Sequence record: MZ726792.1
Source: Escherichia phage vB_EcoM_ASO1B
DNA: 64,000 nt
Direction: 5' to 3' (one strand)
Shown: piece after piece, positions 9,000 through 17,759 of the stretch
How positions within the stretch are numbered: position 1 is the stretch's first letter
Layout of the letters: each line of letters starts with the position of its first letter
The notes under the pieces: model-generated
The model's database searches: none
The model's input: the letters and a program-made list of their open reading frames with translations, nothing else
Told to the model about the DNA's origin: nothing
Position numbers and translations under genes: made by a program

Positions 9000-9512
9000 A
9001 TGAAAACTGTAGACGCTACCTTTGAAGTTGTAAAAGAAAAATTCACTATTATTTATGAAGCTGTCAATTGCTTTGAAGCAAGCCATAATCTTGATAATTG
9101 GGAATTTACAGATGACCATCAAGGCGGTGTGACGATTAAAAATCCTAACTGTCAGCGTAATGAATTTAAATATGCAATCCCTTTACATTACAGCCTTAAA
9201 CAGCTTTCAAGTGACTATGCAAAACAAGGCCGGGCAAATCCATCAAAAGAGGCTTACATCAGCTTACAGAAAGAACTAGAAAGAGATTTAGAGGCTTCAG
9301 AATATAACATTGCCGCGAAAGTTGTAGATGCAAATGGCAGCACTGTTTTAGAAAGTTTTTATATTGGTTACGCTTTCGATTGGTGCTACAGTGACGGCGA
9401 TGATTTAGAGGATAGACTAAAAGAAGAGGTGAACAACGCAGACGCAGAATCTGAAGTATTAGAACGTTTGGAATCGTTGAAAGACTCAGTGATGAATATC
9501 TTTAAGAACTAA
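9000..9512 (+). CDS. hypothetical protein
   Basis: 170-aa ORF after type-II cassette. Confidence 0.55.
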   Translation: MKTVDATFEVVKEKFTIIYEAVNCFEASHNLDNWEFTDDHQGGVTIKNPNCQRNEFKYAIPLHYSLKQLSSDYAKQGRANPSKEAYISLQKELERDLEASEYNIAAKVVDANGSTVLESFYIGYAFDWCYSDGDDLEDRLKEEVNNADAESEVLERLESLKDSVMNIFKN

Positions 9513-9604
9513 ATAGATTCCTTTACACGGGGTTATCAAGCTGGTAGGATAGCCCCAGATAAAGAGATTTATCAAATAAAGCCCTTAAACTAGGAGATTC
9601 TAAA
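9513..9604 (+). promoter_or_regulatory. type-II intergenic cassette (divergent copy)
   Basis: hairpin GGGGTTATC...GATAGCCCC 9529-9556; SD AGGAG. Confidence 0.5.
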
Positions 9605-9901
9605 ATGAAATTATCAAATAAAGTTAGGGAAAACCTTAGTAAATTACTCAATAAAATTGATTTTATCGAGACATCAAGAAATAGTCATGATGTTATGGAA
9701 TGGTTACATGGCAAAATAAAAGGCCGTCGTGTAGTAATTTGCTTATGGAATAGTTGCAGGGAGTATAAAAAACCTGTATTGCAAGTTAATATATACGATG
9801 ATACTTTTAAAAGTCCTGTAAAGTCTAAAAGCGATTTATTAGAATCTTATGAGATATCTGTAAGTGGCAAAGTATCACGTAAAGAGGAAACACCATGTTA
9901 A
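9605..9901 (+). CDS. hypothetical protein
   Basis: 98-aa ORF. Confidence 0.5.
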   Translation: MKLSNKVRENLSKLLNKIDFIETSRNSHDVMEWLHGKIKGRRVVICLWNSCREYKKPVLQVNIYDDTFKSPVKSKSDLLESYEISVSGKVSRKEETPC

Positions 9902-10227
9902 TGACTGGTATCACTGCAATCATTGCCATTTTCGCTCTATATAAGGCATATAAAGCCTATAATCTAGCAAATAAGGCAACCACCCAGCAGGTTAGCAATA
10001 GCCTTGTAGAAAGCTTTCTAGGGCGTTTAAGTGATGAGCAAATAAAGCGGCTAGAGATGAGCTTCAGATATAAAGCGAAAACCTATCAGATAAGTGACAT
10101 CTTCAAAGATAATTTTCAGTTAGTTGATGATTATAATTCTCTGATAAATGCTTTAAATGTCAGTGACTTAAAAGACTACTACGTTGTAATTGTTCAAGAA
10201 TTGAGCAAACGAAAACAAAACTGTTGA
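9895..10227 (+). CDS. hypothetical small membrane protein
   Basis: 110 aa; hydrophobic N-terminus ITAIIAIFALY; start overlaps previous stop. Confidence 0.5.
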   Translation: MLMTGITAIIAIFALYKAYKAYNLANKATTQQVSNSLVESFLGRLSDEQIKRLEMSFRYKAKTYQISDIFKDNFQLVDDYNSLINALNVSDLKDYYVVIVQELSKRKQNC

Positions 10228-10316
10228 CACTGGTTTTTAGATAGATTAAATTACACATCAACGGGGAGGGAATGACCTTCCCCACTAAATAAAGTCCTAA
10301 ACTGGAGATTCTGAAA
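10224..10316 (+). promoter_or_regulatory. PeSL-like cassette (TTGACA-17-TAAATT + hairpin + SD)
   Basis: -35 10224-10229, -10 10247-10252, hairpin 10263-10283. Confidence 0.65.
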
Positions 10317-10475
10317 ATGTTTTGTGCAGGTGATAAAGTTGTCTGGAATGATATAGATGACGGTTTATGTACGAAAGTTGTTGTTATCCTAGAAATTGAT
10401 TATATCACTGGTGTTGCAACTGTAGCAGATAATGATATAATCTTTGATGTCTTAATTAGTGAACTGTCAAAATAA
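10317..10475 (+). CDS. hypothetical small protein (52 aa, absent from >=60-aa ORF track)
   Basis: ATG 7 nt after SD of PeSL cassette; in-frame stop TAA at 10473. Confidence 0.4.
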   Translation: MFCAGDKVVWNDIDDGLCTKVVVILEIDYITGVATVADNDIIFDVLISELSK

Positions 10476-10500
10476 AACCCTTAAACTAGGAGCTTTTAAA

Positions 10501-10773
10501 ATGTACACTACTAACAATGGTCGCACCTTAAATGTCACCTTGCGTCACTATGTAGACGGTGTGATGTGCTTTGAAGATTTACGGGCTGAGCAACACATCT
10601 TAAATTGGCAAGTTGCAGGACTCCAAAAAACTGCTACAGGATACGGGAAAAAGATTCCAACCAGTTGGAAAGTATACTACGAAGGACGTTTACGCAGAAT
10701 TTATCAAGATGTGCAAAGAAATAGCGCATCGAGTTACATTATAGTAAAAGGCAAAAAACTGCATTTAATGTAA
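10501..10773 (+). CDS. hypothetical protein
   Basis: ORF-track start 10459 is GTG; ATG 10501 has SD AGGAG. Confidence 0.5.
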   Translation: MYTTNNGRTLNVTLRHYVDGVMCFEDLRAEQHILNWQVAGLQKTATGYGKKIPTSWKVYYEGRLRRIYQDVQRNSASSYIIVKGKKLHLM

Positions 10774-10859
10774 AGTACTTTACAAGGGGCTTATAGTTCG
10801 ATAAAGTAAGCCCCAGATAAAGAGCTTTACTACTCAATCCTAAATTGGAGAACTTAAAA
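10774..10859 (+). promoter_or_regulatory. type-II intergenic cassette
   Basis: hairpin 10786-10814, near-identical to copy at 8547. Confidence 0.6.
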
Positions 10860-11264
10860 ATGGCTATTAATAACCGTGAATTATCAATTTTAAAAGCACG
10901 TTTGACCGTTAACCGGATTAATGTTATCACGTCATCAGCACCAGATGAAACACTGCAAAACATTATTGGGAAGATTCAAAGTGTTATCTTAGACGTTGAA
11001 AGCGTAAAAAACTCATTGACTGACGTTGCAGCAGGTATCACGCTAGACGGTGCACAACATGAAATGGCCGACATGTTAGGCAAATCTAAGGTAATGAATA
11101 AAGAGTTAGATTTGAAAATGTTCCGATTTGCTGTTAAAGTGTGGTTATCTGTCGAGTATGATGCTAACTTTGCAATCGCTGACTTTTTCGCCACTTGGTT
11201 GCAGCGTAATTTGGCAAATCACGATTTCCGTAATATCTGCGATGCAATTTATGCAGAACTATAA
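10860..11264 (+). CDS. hypothetical protein
   Basis: ORF-track start 10845 is TTG; ATG 10860 with SD. Confidence 0.5.
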   Translation: MAINNRELSILKARLTVNRINVITSSAPDETLQNIIGKIQSVILDVESVKNSLTDVAAGITLDGAQHEMADMLGKSKVMNKELDLKMFRFAVKVWLSVEYDANFAIADFFATWLQRNLANHDFRNICDAIYAEL

Positions 11265-11274
11265 AAAATTTTTG

Positions 11275-11367
11275 TTGACACTGGTTTTTAGATAGATTAA
11301 ATTACACATCAACGGGGAGGGAATGACCTTCCCCACTAAATAAAGTCCTAAACTGGAGATTCTGAAA
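11275..11367 (+). promoter_or_regulatory. PeSL-like cassette
   Basis: -35 TTGACA 11275-11280, -10 TAAATT 11298-11303, hairpin 11314-11334; near-identical to 10224 copy. Confidence 0.65.
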
Positions 11368-11571
11368 ATGGCTATTATTAATGGTTTAACCATTGAAACT
11401 ACACACATCAAAGATATCAAAGTTGGTGATATAGTCCTTTCCCACGGCGTAGAAAAAACTGTCACTGCAAAGGATATCAAAGAGGATTCTTTCATGGGTA
11501 GGACTCTCTTCGGTGATTCTTATTGCTTAGGCTATCTTGCAGTTTTAAAAGTTGTCAAAAATAACAAATAA
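11368..11571 (+). CDS. hypothetical small protein
   Basis: 67-aa ORF after PeSL cassette. Confidence 0.5.
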   Translation: MAIINGLTIETTHIKDIKVGDIVLSHGVEKTVTAKDIKEDSFMGRTLFGDSYCLGYLAVLKVVKNNK

Positions 11572-11657
11572 AGTACTTTACAAGGGGCTTAAAAGTTGAT
11601 AACTTAAGCCTCAGATAAAGAGCTTTACTACTAAATCCTAAACTGGAGATTCTAAAA
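11571..11657 (+). promoter_or_regulatory. type-II intergenic cassette
   Basis: hairpin GGGGCTTAA...TTAAGCCTC 11584-11612. Confidence 0.6.
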
Positions 11658-11906
11658 ATGATGAACTACTTTAACATTCCCGATACCTGTAGATTATTGA
11701 CACAAGAAGAAAATTTGGGTAAACCTTTCATTTACCACATGCCAGATAACACGGCAAAAACTTATAGTTACAATGTTAACCGTTTCACCGCATACGCTGC
11801 AAAGAACGGCTATAGGTTGGTTACTCAAAAAGTAATGCTGGTTACAACTGCTGGCGAGATTCCTACAGTTGCAGTCAAACTAGTTTTCTCAAAGAAAGTT
11901 AAATAA
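11658..11906 (+). CDS. hypothetical protein
   Basis: 82-aa ORF. Confidence 0.5.
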   Translation: MMNYFNIPDTCRLLTQEENLGKPFIYHMPDNTAKTYSYNVNRFTAYAAKNGYRLVTQKVMLVTTAGEIPTVAVKLVFSKKVK

Positions 11907-11991
11907 AGCACTTTACAAGGGGCTTATAGTTCGATAAAGTAAGCCCCAGATAAAGAGCTTTACTACTCAATCCTAAACTGGAGATTCAAAA
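11907..11991 (+). promoter_or_regulatory. type-II intergenic cassette
   Basis: hairpin 11929-11947 region; SD before ATG 11992. Confidence 0.6.
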
Positions 11992-12534
11992 ATGAAATGT
12001 TATCACGGAACTACTCAAGAAAATTTCCTCAACCTGATTAATAACGGTGATAAACCATCAGGCGCATGGAATTGTTCGGATATGGACGGCAATTTTTACG
12101 TGTATCCAGAAAATAAAATCTATGGCGACGATGATGAAGAGATAACATCGGAGGGCATTCAGCAAGCTCTAGGGAACGCCACTATTACGGCGGCCTTCCA
12201 GATGAAAACCCAAAATATTGTTATCTTAGAACTCGATATTCCAGATGATGAGCTAAATGATGATTATTCTTGTGATAATATGTCGAGTGTAGCAAGTTTT
12301 ACAGAGTACTTTGATGTAAACTGGATTAAAAAGGTCTATACAACAGAGTTTAACGCTATGTATTCGCCTTTTTGTCTTCCTTCACTGGATAACCCAAATA
12401 TGAACTATCTTGATGAGACATTAGAACTACTTGCTAAAAGTGTTCAACAGTCGGACAGTATTCAGGTTTTTTGTGACATCATAGATACACTGACAGGAAA
12501 CATTGCAGAAGAGGATTTAAAGAGCTTTTTCTAA
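11992..12534 (+). CDS. hypothetical acidic protein
   Basis: 180-aa ORF. Confidence 0.55.
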   Translation: MKCYHGTTQENFLNLINNGDKPSGAWNCSDMDGNFYVYPENKIYGDDDEEITSEGIQQALGNATITAAFQMKTQNIVILELDIPDDELNDDYSCDNMSSVASFTEYFDVNWIKKVYTTEFNAMYSPFCLPSLDNPNMNYLDETLELLAKSVQQSDSIQVFCDIIDTLTGNIAEEDLKSFF

Positions 12535-12565
12535 AAACCTATGCAATCACCTTATAAACACTAAT

Positions 12566-12590
12566 CAGCCCCCTTGTAGGGGCTTTTAGA
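12566..12590 (+). terminator. putative intrinsic terminator
   Basis: AGCCCCC-TTGTA-GGGGCT hairpin then TTT. Confidence 0.45.
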
Positions 12591-12601
12591 GGGCTTAAAT
12601 C

Positions 12602-12835
12602 ATGCTTACAACCGTTTATCTCATCCTCTCAATTTGTAATGGCCATTCATGTGACTTTAAAGGGCTTGAAGAGTTTACAGGAAGTAAAGAAAATGCTATT
12701 CAAGTTTGCCAGATAGCAAGGCAAGACTATCCCGCCAGTGATGATATACAATGTTACTTTAAGACAGAAGATGACGACGGAATTTATTTCGACAGTGTTG
12801 ACGGTCAATATGAAATTATCATTGAAAAAGACTAG
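12602..12835 (+). CDS. hypothetical small protein
   Basis: 77-aa ORF. Confidence 0.45.
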   Translation: MLTTVYLILSICNGHSCDFKGLEEFTGSKENAIQVCQIARQDYPASDDIQCYFKTEDDDGIYFDSVDGQYEIIIEKD

Positions 12836-12927
12836 ACAAGCCTGATAAAAGTCTGTAAATTGTCAATCAACGGGGAGGGAATGACCTTCCCCACTAAGTA
12901 AAGTCCTTAAACTAGGAGATTCTAAAA
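12833..12927 (+). promoter_or_regulatory. PeSL-like cassette (-10 TAAATT + hairpin + SD)
   Basis: -10 12856-12861; hairpin 12872-12892; SD AGGAG. Confidence 0.55.
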
Positions 12928-13269
12928 ATGGCTTATGTAACCATAATTACCGATAAAGCTGGCGCATCTTGGTCAACTCAGGTTAGTGATAAGATGTCAC
13001 CTATGCAGTGCCTAAAATACTTTGAACAGTGGAACAAAGGCGAGGACACAAGCCCCTTTCAAGTGATGCAGATTATCCATGTAGACAACGAAGGGAATAA
13101 AACGACCTTGAACAGTGAATACTACGCAAGCCGTTTTGAAACGAGAAGTAAAACAATGAAGCTTTTACGTGAATCCGGTTATGCCCATATCGCCGCGTTA
13201 ATCTGGGATGACCTGCTAAAAAGTCAGCGTATTAGCTATGTAAAGCCTGAAAAAATATTCATCAGTTAA
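12928..13269 (+). CDS. hypothetical protein
   Basis: 113-aa ORF. Confidence 0.55.
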   Translation: MAYVTIITDKAGASWSTQVSDKMSPMQCLKYFEQWNKGEDTSPFQVMQIIHVDNEGNKTTLNSEYYASRFETRSKTMKLLRESGYAHIAALIWDDLLKSQRISYVKPEKIFIS

Positions 13270-13301
13270 TCAATAACTTACAAAAAACTTTTAAAAAAGT
13301 G

Positions 13302-13330
13302 TTGACAATACCCCTTGACATTGGTAACTT
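13302..13330 (+). promoter_or_regulatory. sigma70-like promoter (TTGACA-17-TAACTT), tandem TTGACA boxes
   Basis: TTGACA at 13302 and 13316. Confidence 0.4.
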
Positions 13331-13421
13331 TGTTCGAGGGGGTTTATCTAAAAGGGATTCACTTAAAAGATTCTTTATAGATAAGCTCAAAAAATTACTT
13401 GCAATCAACTATCAAAACAAG

Positions 13422-13489
13422 TAAATTACTAATCAACGGGAAGGCAATAACCTCCCCACTAAATAAAGTCCTAAACTGGAGATTCTAAA
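13422..13489 (+). promoter_or_regulatory. PeSL-like cassette with covarying hairpin
   Basis: -10 TAAATT 13422-13427; hairpin GGGAAGG-CAATAA-CCTCCCC 13438-13457. Confidence 0.55.
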
Positions 13490-14020
13490 ATGAACAAATT
13501 TCAAGCTATCAACTTCATTCGTTCAAATACTGTAATGTCTAAGCCTGTAAAAGATACATACGAATTCCGTTGTAATGGGGTACATTTCGCAACAATCACC
13601 AAATCAGAAAACGGGACTTATTACGTTCATCGTCGTAATGTTTACACTGTTGTAGTCTCTCACTTTATGCAAGCTGTAGCGGAATTATTACCGTTATTCT
13701 TAGAGATTTACTTAGATGAGTGTAAAAACGTTCACAACCACGTTAAAAACCTTTTAAACGGTTATAAAATGGCTTATGAACGTTCTATCAAGTCCTTAAA
13801 CAAGTTCTATAAAGCCCCTGAAAACTCTGTTGCTTCAGCCTATGGCGTAGGCGGTTGGACTGTTAGTCTCTTCGAAGTGGAAGAAATCGAGCTTTACGAC
13901 CATCGACCTAACGGTTACTCTAAGACTCTCGGTGAAGGTTTAACGTTCAATATCAAGAACTTAGAAAAAACTTTAAAAGATATTGAAAAAGATATTGACG
14001 AGACAATAAAAAGTCTGTAA
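13490..14020 (+). CDS. hypothetical protein
   Basis: 176-aa ORF. Confidence 0.55.
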   Translation: MNKFQAINFIRSNTVMSKPVKDTYEFRCNGVHFATITKSENGTYYVHRRNVYTVVVSHFMQAVAELLPLFLEIYLDECKNVHNHVKNLLNGYKMAYERSIKSLNKFYKAPENSVASAYGVGGWTVSLFEVEEIELYDHRPNGYSKTLGEGLTFNIKNLEKTLKDIEKDIDETIKSL

Positions 14021-14086
14021 ATTGTCAATCAACGGGGAGGGAATGACCTTCCCCACTAAATAAAGTCCTAAACTGGAGTTATCAAG
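13995..14086 (+). promoter_or_regulatory. PeSL-like cassette (TTGACG-17-TAAATT + hairpin)
   Basis: -35 13995-14000, -10 14018-14023, hairpin 14034-14054; promoter lies in 3' end of upstream gene. Confidence 0.55.
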
Positions 14087-14350
14087 ATGGAAAACGTAGA
14101 ATTAACCACACTTTTACAAATTGCAACTGACAAAGAAGATGTAGCACTGTTTCACCGTATCGAAAGCGATTTATTCAATGGTGAAATCATCAAAGAATCT
14201 TATGAAGTTGTCGGATTCAAAGATGGTAAAGCGTTTGGCTTTTTTGACCTCGACAAAGGCAACGCTGTCACAAAGTATGATGTTGTATCTTGTGAGATTC
14301 TTACAAAATACAACGAAAAAAGGCTTGCAACATACGCCAATATACAGTAA
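14087..14350 (+). CDS. hypothetical protein
   Basis: 87-aa ORF. Confidence 0.5.
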   Translation: MENVELTTLLQIATDKEDVALFHRIESDLFNGEIIKESYEVVGFKDGKAFGFFDLDKGNAVTKYDVVSCEILTKYNEKRLATYANIQ

Positions 14351-14416
14351 ATTACTAATCAACGGGAGGCGATAACCTCCCCACTAAATAAAACCCTTAA
14401 ACTAGGAGATTCAAAA
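14348..14416 (+). promoter_or_regulatory. PeSL-like cassette with covarying hairpin
   Basis: -10 TAAATT 14348-14353; hairpin GGGAGG-CGATAA-CCTCCC 14364-14381. Confidence 0.55.
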
Positions 14417-14665
14417 ATGGCAACTATCCGCGCTACTGTCAATGCCTATGGCTGTTATACTCTGGACGTTAAATTTGATATTGGTGGAACTGATGAGTGT
14501 TTTTCATTAGTGAAGACAGTTATCAAACAAGTTATTCCAGATTATAACCCTACTGATGACTTCTGGAAAGATGCTGTAAAAGAGGCATTAAACGACGAGC
14601 ATCACTATCATTACTGGGGTGACTTGATTGTTTCCCTGTACTACAATAAACAAGGTTACAACTAA
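14417..14665 (+). CDS. hypothetical protein
   Basis: 82-aa ORF, last gene of rightward array. Confidence 0.5.
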   Translation: MATIRATVNAYGCYTLDVKFDIGGTDECFSLVKTVIKQVIPDYNPTDDFWKDAVKEALNDEHHYHYWGDLIVSLYYNKQGYN

Positions 14666-14704
14666 TCGACGCAACGGGGCTAAATAGCCCCAGATACCTC
14701 AACA

Positions 14705-14728
14705 GCCCCTATTTAAAGGGGCTTTTTT
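14705..14728 (+). terminator. rho-independent terminator ending rightward early array
   Basis: GCCCCT-ATTTAA-AGGGGC hairpin plus T6; second hairpin GGGGCT-AAAT-AGCCCC at 14676-14691. Confidence 0.65.
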
Positions 14729-14739
14729 ACGTCTATTGA

Positions 14740-16265
14740 ATCCTTATACAATCCCTTTCCAGAATCTTATCAGACCTTAAAAGCAATAACTCTATAGTCT
14801 ACTCTATAACCTCTTATCAAATCAACTTAAATAAAAGCCAATAACCCCCAGAAAGGGGATGGCCCATTTAAACGCTCTATAAAGCTCTATAACAGCCTTA
14901 TCAACCTAACTTAAGGGATTGCATTAACCAACCTTAAAAAGCTCTTTACAGGGCTTTATAGAGACTTAAAAGAATCTTATAAGGGTGTAAGCTTTATCAT
15001 CTCGTTAGTATCTTGTGAATAACTAAAAAGGGCTTGTTAGTGTCTTAAAAGTATGTTATAGGGGCTTAAAAGTTACTTCAAAGTTACGTAAAAGGGGCTA
15101 TAAAGTTACGTAAATGCTAGCCCCCTTAACATTTTCTTAACAATTTCTTAACAATCCCTACATAGTTATGCTTTTAAGGCACTTGTTAGCAACTTGTTAG
15201 CCCCTTGTTAAATCTCTGTTAAGACCACGTAAAAGCCTTGTAAGAACCTTTGACATAGCCTTAAAAGCCCCTGTAAAGCCCTATAAAGAGGTATCTGTAC
15301 AGTTGGGGGGTAAATACTAGGAAGAGATTTAAAAGAGGCTATAAAGAGCTATAGAGGGCTTTTAAGAGGTATGTTTAAGGAATCACTAAGAAAGGAAAGG
15401 GAACGATAAGAAAAGAGTAGTGACCTTGTTAATAGCTTGTTAAAAAGATTAAACACTTGTTAGAGACTTGTTAATTATCTTAACAAAATAACTCTTAAAA
15501 ATTAACTTGTTAGCTATTGTTAGTCATCTGTTAAGATTCTGTAAAGTCCATGTATCAACTGTTAAGAAACTGTTAAGCCCTTGTTAGTTCTTTTAAGAAT
15601 CTGTTAAGACCTATGAAGAGTTGTTAAGAAGGTGTTAGAACTGTTAAGAGATTGTTAAGGATATTTTAAAATTTTGCAAAGTACTTGTAAGGGAGCTGTT
15701 AAGGGCTACCAAGCAGATATACATCCTATTCAGATATTTTTGAGTTCCTTCAAAGACCCTAAAAAATGACTTGATAACCCTATTTTATAAAAATTTTAAA
15801 ATTCTGAATAATTACCTATACAGTCTTCTAAAAATACAGGCATAAACAGGCTTATAAGATACCTTGTTAGTACCGTGTTAGACCTTGTGAGATAAGGCCT
15901 GTAAAGATATTCCTGTTAAGTTTGTTAAAACAGTCTATATAGAGGCTTAGTAATACCTAGTGAACACCTATAGAGGGTATCATAGCTTACCTAGAGATTA
16001 AGAGGTGTATAGGAGCTTCTAAGAGGGTGTAGAGAGATGGTTAAGGTGATTGTATAGGCTGTTAAGAAGGCTTGTTAGAAGAGTGTTTAGAAGGCTTGTT
16101 AGAAGGGCTATACAGAGGGCTATTAAGACCACTAGATAGTTACTAAGATACTATATAGTACTATATAACTATATATAGAGAGTAAGATTAAGAAGGTTGT
16201 TAAGAAGGGTAGATATTTTGTTCACATATGATGGTGACCCAGAGGTTGGGACAACCGATAAAATT
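14740..16265. repeat. ORF-free repeat-dense zone (iteron-like yTGTTArG arrays, direct repeats, TATA-rich micro-repeats)
   Basis: no ORF >=60 aa on either strand; >20 copies of CTTGTTAG/CTGTTAAG-like motif within 15130-15680 and 16060-16110; 15-bp direct repeat AAGGCTTGTTAGAAG x2; ACTATATA x3 near 16150. Confidence 0.7.
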
Positions 16266-16275
16266 TTATAAAAAT

Positions 16276-16300
16276 TAAAAAGCCCCCAATTAAGGAGGCT
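16276..16300 (-). terminator. rho-independent terminator of leftward block
   Basis: on minus strand GCCTCC-TTAATT-GGGGGC followed by T5. Confidence 0.55.
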
Positions 16301-16311
16301 CTTAAGATATT

Positions 16312-16905
16312 TTAAATCAGTGTTTCCAGAACTGTTTTTAATGATGACTTGGTTGTCTGATAAAAATGAGTAAATCCATTGTTGTTATCGAATATCTGCA
16401 TCATAACAGCATCTCCCTTGATTGGGTACACTCGGATATCATAGTGAAACCCATTAAAGACACAAGAACCACTACAGAATGCTCTAAAGTCATCCACTGA
16501 GATGTACTCTTCATGACCTGTGATTTTTATACAAACACCTTTACTCGGTCTCTTAGGGTTGATATCTTCCATCACAGACATACTCTGTCCACCAAGAGAT
16601 ACCATAGTGACCACTTTACGGTTCTTCTGTTTAAAGTACATCTTAACTTTCTGCAAAGTGTCTTCATAGAACGGATAAGACCTTTCTACAAAGATTCCTT
16701 CAAGTGGCTCTTTACCATTTTCAACTTCTCTGTTATGCCGTACTGCAAAGATAATTTGTTCGAACCAGTCAAGATTTTCTTCGGAGAGTGCTTCCCGAAT
16801 ATCACTCCAATCAAGAACTAGATAGTTACCTTCAACTTCTTTTAAGTTATCTTTTTCCATATCTATCACACCATTATCGTAAAACTTGGTAAGCTGGAAC
16901 TGCAA
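16312..16905 (-). CDS. hypothetical protein
   Basis: 197-aa ORF. Confidence 0.5.
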   Translation of the reverse strand: MQFQLTKFYDNGVIDMEKDNLKEVEGNYLVLDWSDIREALSEENLDWFEQIIFAVRHNREVENGKEPLEGIFVERSYPFYEDTLQKVKMYFKQKNRKVVTMVSLGGQSMSVMEDINPKRPSKGVCIKITGHEEYISVDDFRAFCSGSCVFNGFHYDIRVYPIKGDAVMMQIFDNNNGFTHFYQTTKSSLKTVLETLI

Positions 16906-17338
16906 ACTTGTTGCCGTTGTTCTTAATGAGGTCTTCTTCTGTTACTAAGAATGTAATCCCACACAAGTGTGTGTATTGGCTATCATACTCAAATATTTTA
17001 AGTAAGTATTTACCATCGTGATAAACAGATTCTACTACACCTTTTGCAACAATCTTTCCAGTCTTGAAATCTTTAAGAGGGTATACATTACCAACTTTAG
17101 GGGCTGTTTTCATCTCAGGTTCTTTTAGTTTCTCACTAACTTCTACATCACCTAGTAAGTGAGAACTCTCAAACGCTACATATTGCATATAAGCTTCTGA
17201 GCATTCCCAGATAAAACAATGTACAAGAATCTTAGCAGCATGTCTTGAGCAATTCAACTTATCACAAATTTCTTTGTACATTTCATCTTTAGTTGAGTTG
17301 TCAAGCATTGCTTTTCGAACTGTTTCTTTAACTTTCAT
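16874..17338 (-). CDS. hypothetical protein
   Basis: 154-aa ORF. Confidence 0.5.
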   Translation of the reverse strand: MKVKETVRKAMLDNSTKDEMYKEICDKLNCSRHAAKILVHCFIWECSEAYMQYVAFESSHLLGDVEVSEKLKEPEMKTAPKVGNVYPLKDFKTGKIVAKGVVESVYHDGKYLLKIFEYDSQYTHLCGITFLVTEEDLIKNNGNKFAVPAYQVLR

Positions 17339-17756
17339 AAGCTCTCCGAATAACTCTATTAAGCATCTCTAAAGTCAGCTTTCCAGATTCTAAATGTGGC
17401 ATAACAAGCTTTAAAGCTTTTTCAACATCATGCACAACATCTATTATACCTTCTTCATAGGCTTCTACAAGGATATCTTTTACGTTTTGTGATTTACCTT
17501 TTTGTGGTATCACTAGACGCATATCAAACTCATTTGCTTGAGGATGGTTCTTACCACGCCAGAAACCGTCCTTATCAAAGCTTATAAAATTATCCTCATT
17601 AAAATTAATACCACAAACAACAAACTTATCTAGCACTATGCAGTTGAGAGGGTAATCATCACTTGCATCATTCATTCCAAGAAACTTAACAGTAGCTATA
17701 TACCTCTGTGTCTTTGCATCTACAATGTCAAGTTCTTTACCTATGTACTCTTTCAT
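17328..17756 (-). CDS. hypothetical protein
   Basis: 142-aa ORF. Confidence 0.5.
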   Translation of the reverse strand: MKEYIGKELDIVDAKTQRYIATVKFLGMNDASDDYPLNCIVLDKFVVCGINFNEDNFISFDKDGFWRGKNHPQANEFDMRLVIPQKGKSQNVKDILVEAYEEGIIDVVHDVEKALKLVMPHLESGKLTLEMLNRVIRRAYES

Positions 17757-17759
17757 CTC

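Noticed and set aside
8047-14416. Possibility that the repeated ~90-bp elements form a CRISPR array
   Set aside because: Repeat units are 60-90 bp with promoter and SD features; intervening segments are 200-550-bp ORFs of variable length; no cas-like genes or leader; two distinct repeat families alternate.
16513-16821. 102-aa plus-strand ORF antisense to 16312-16905
   Set aside because: Nested antisense in a leftward gene block; no promoter or RBS context.
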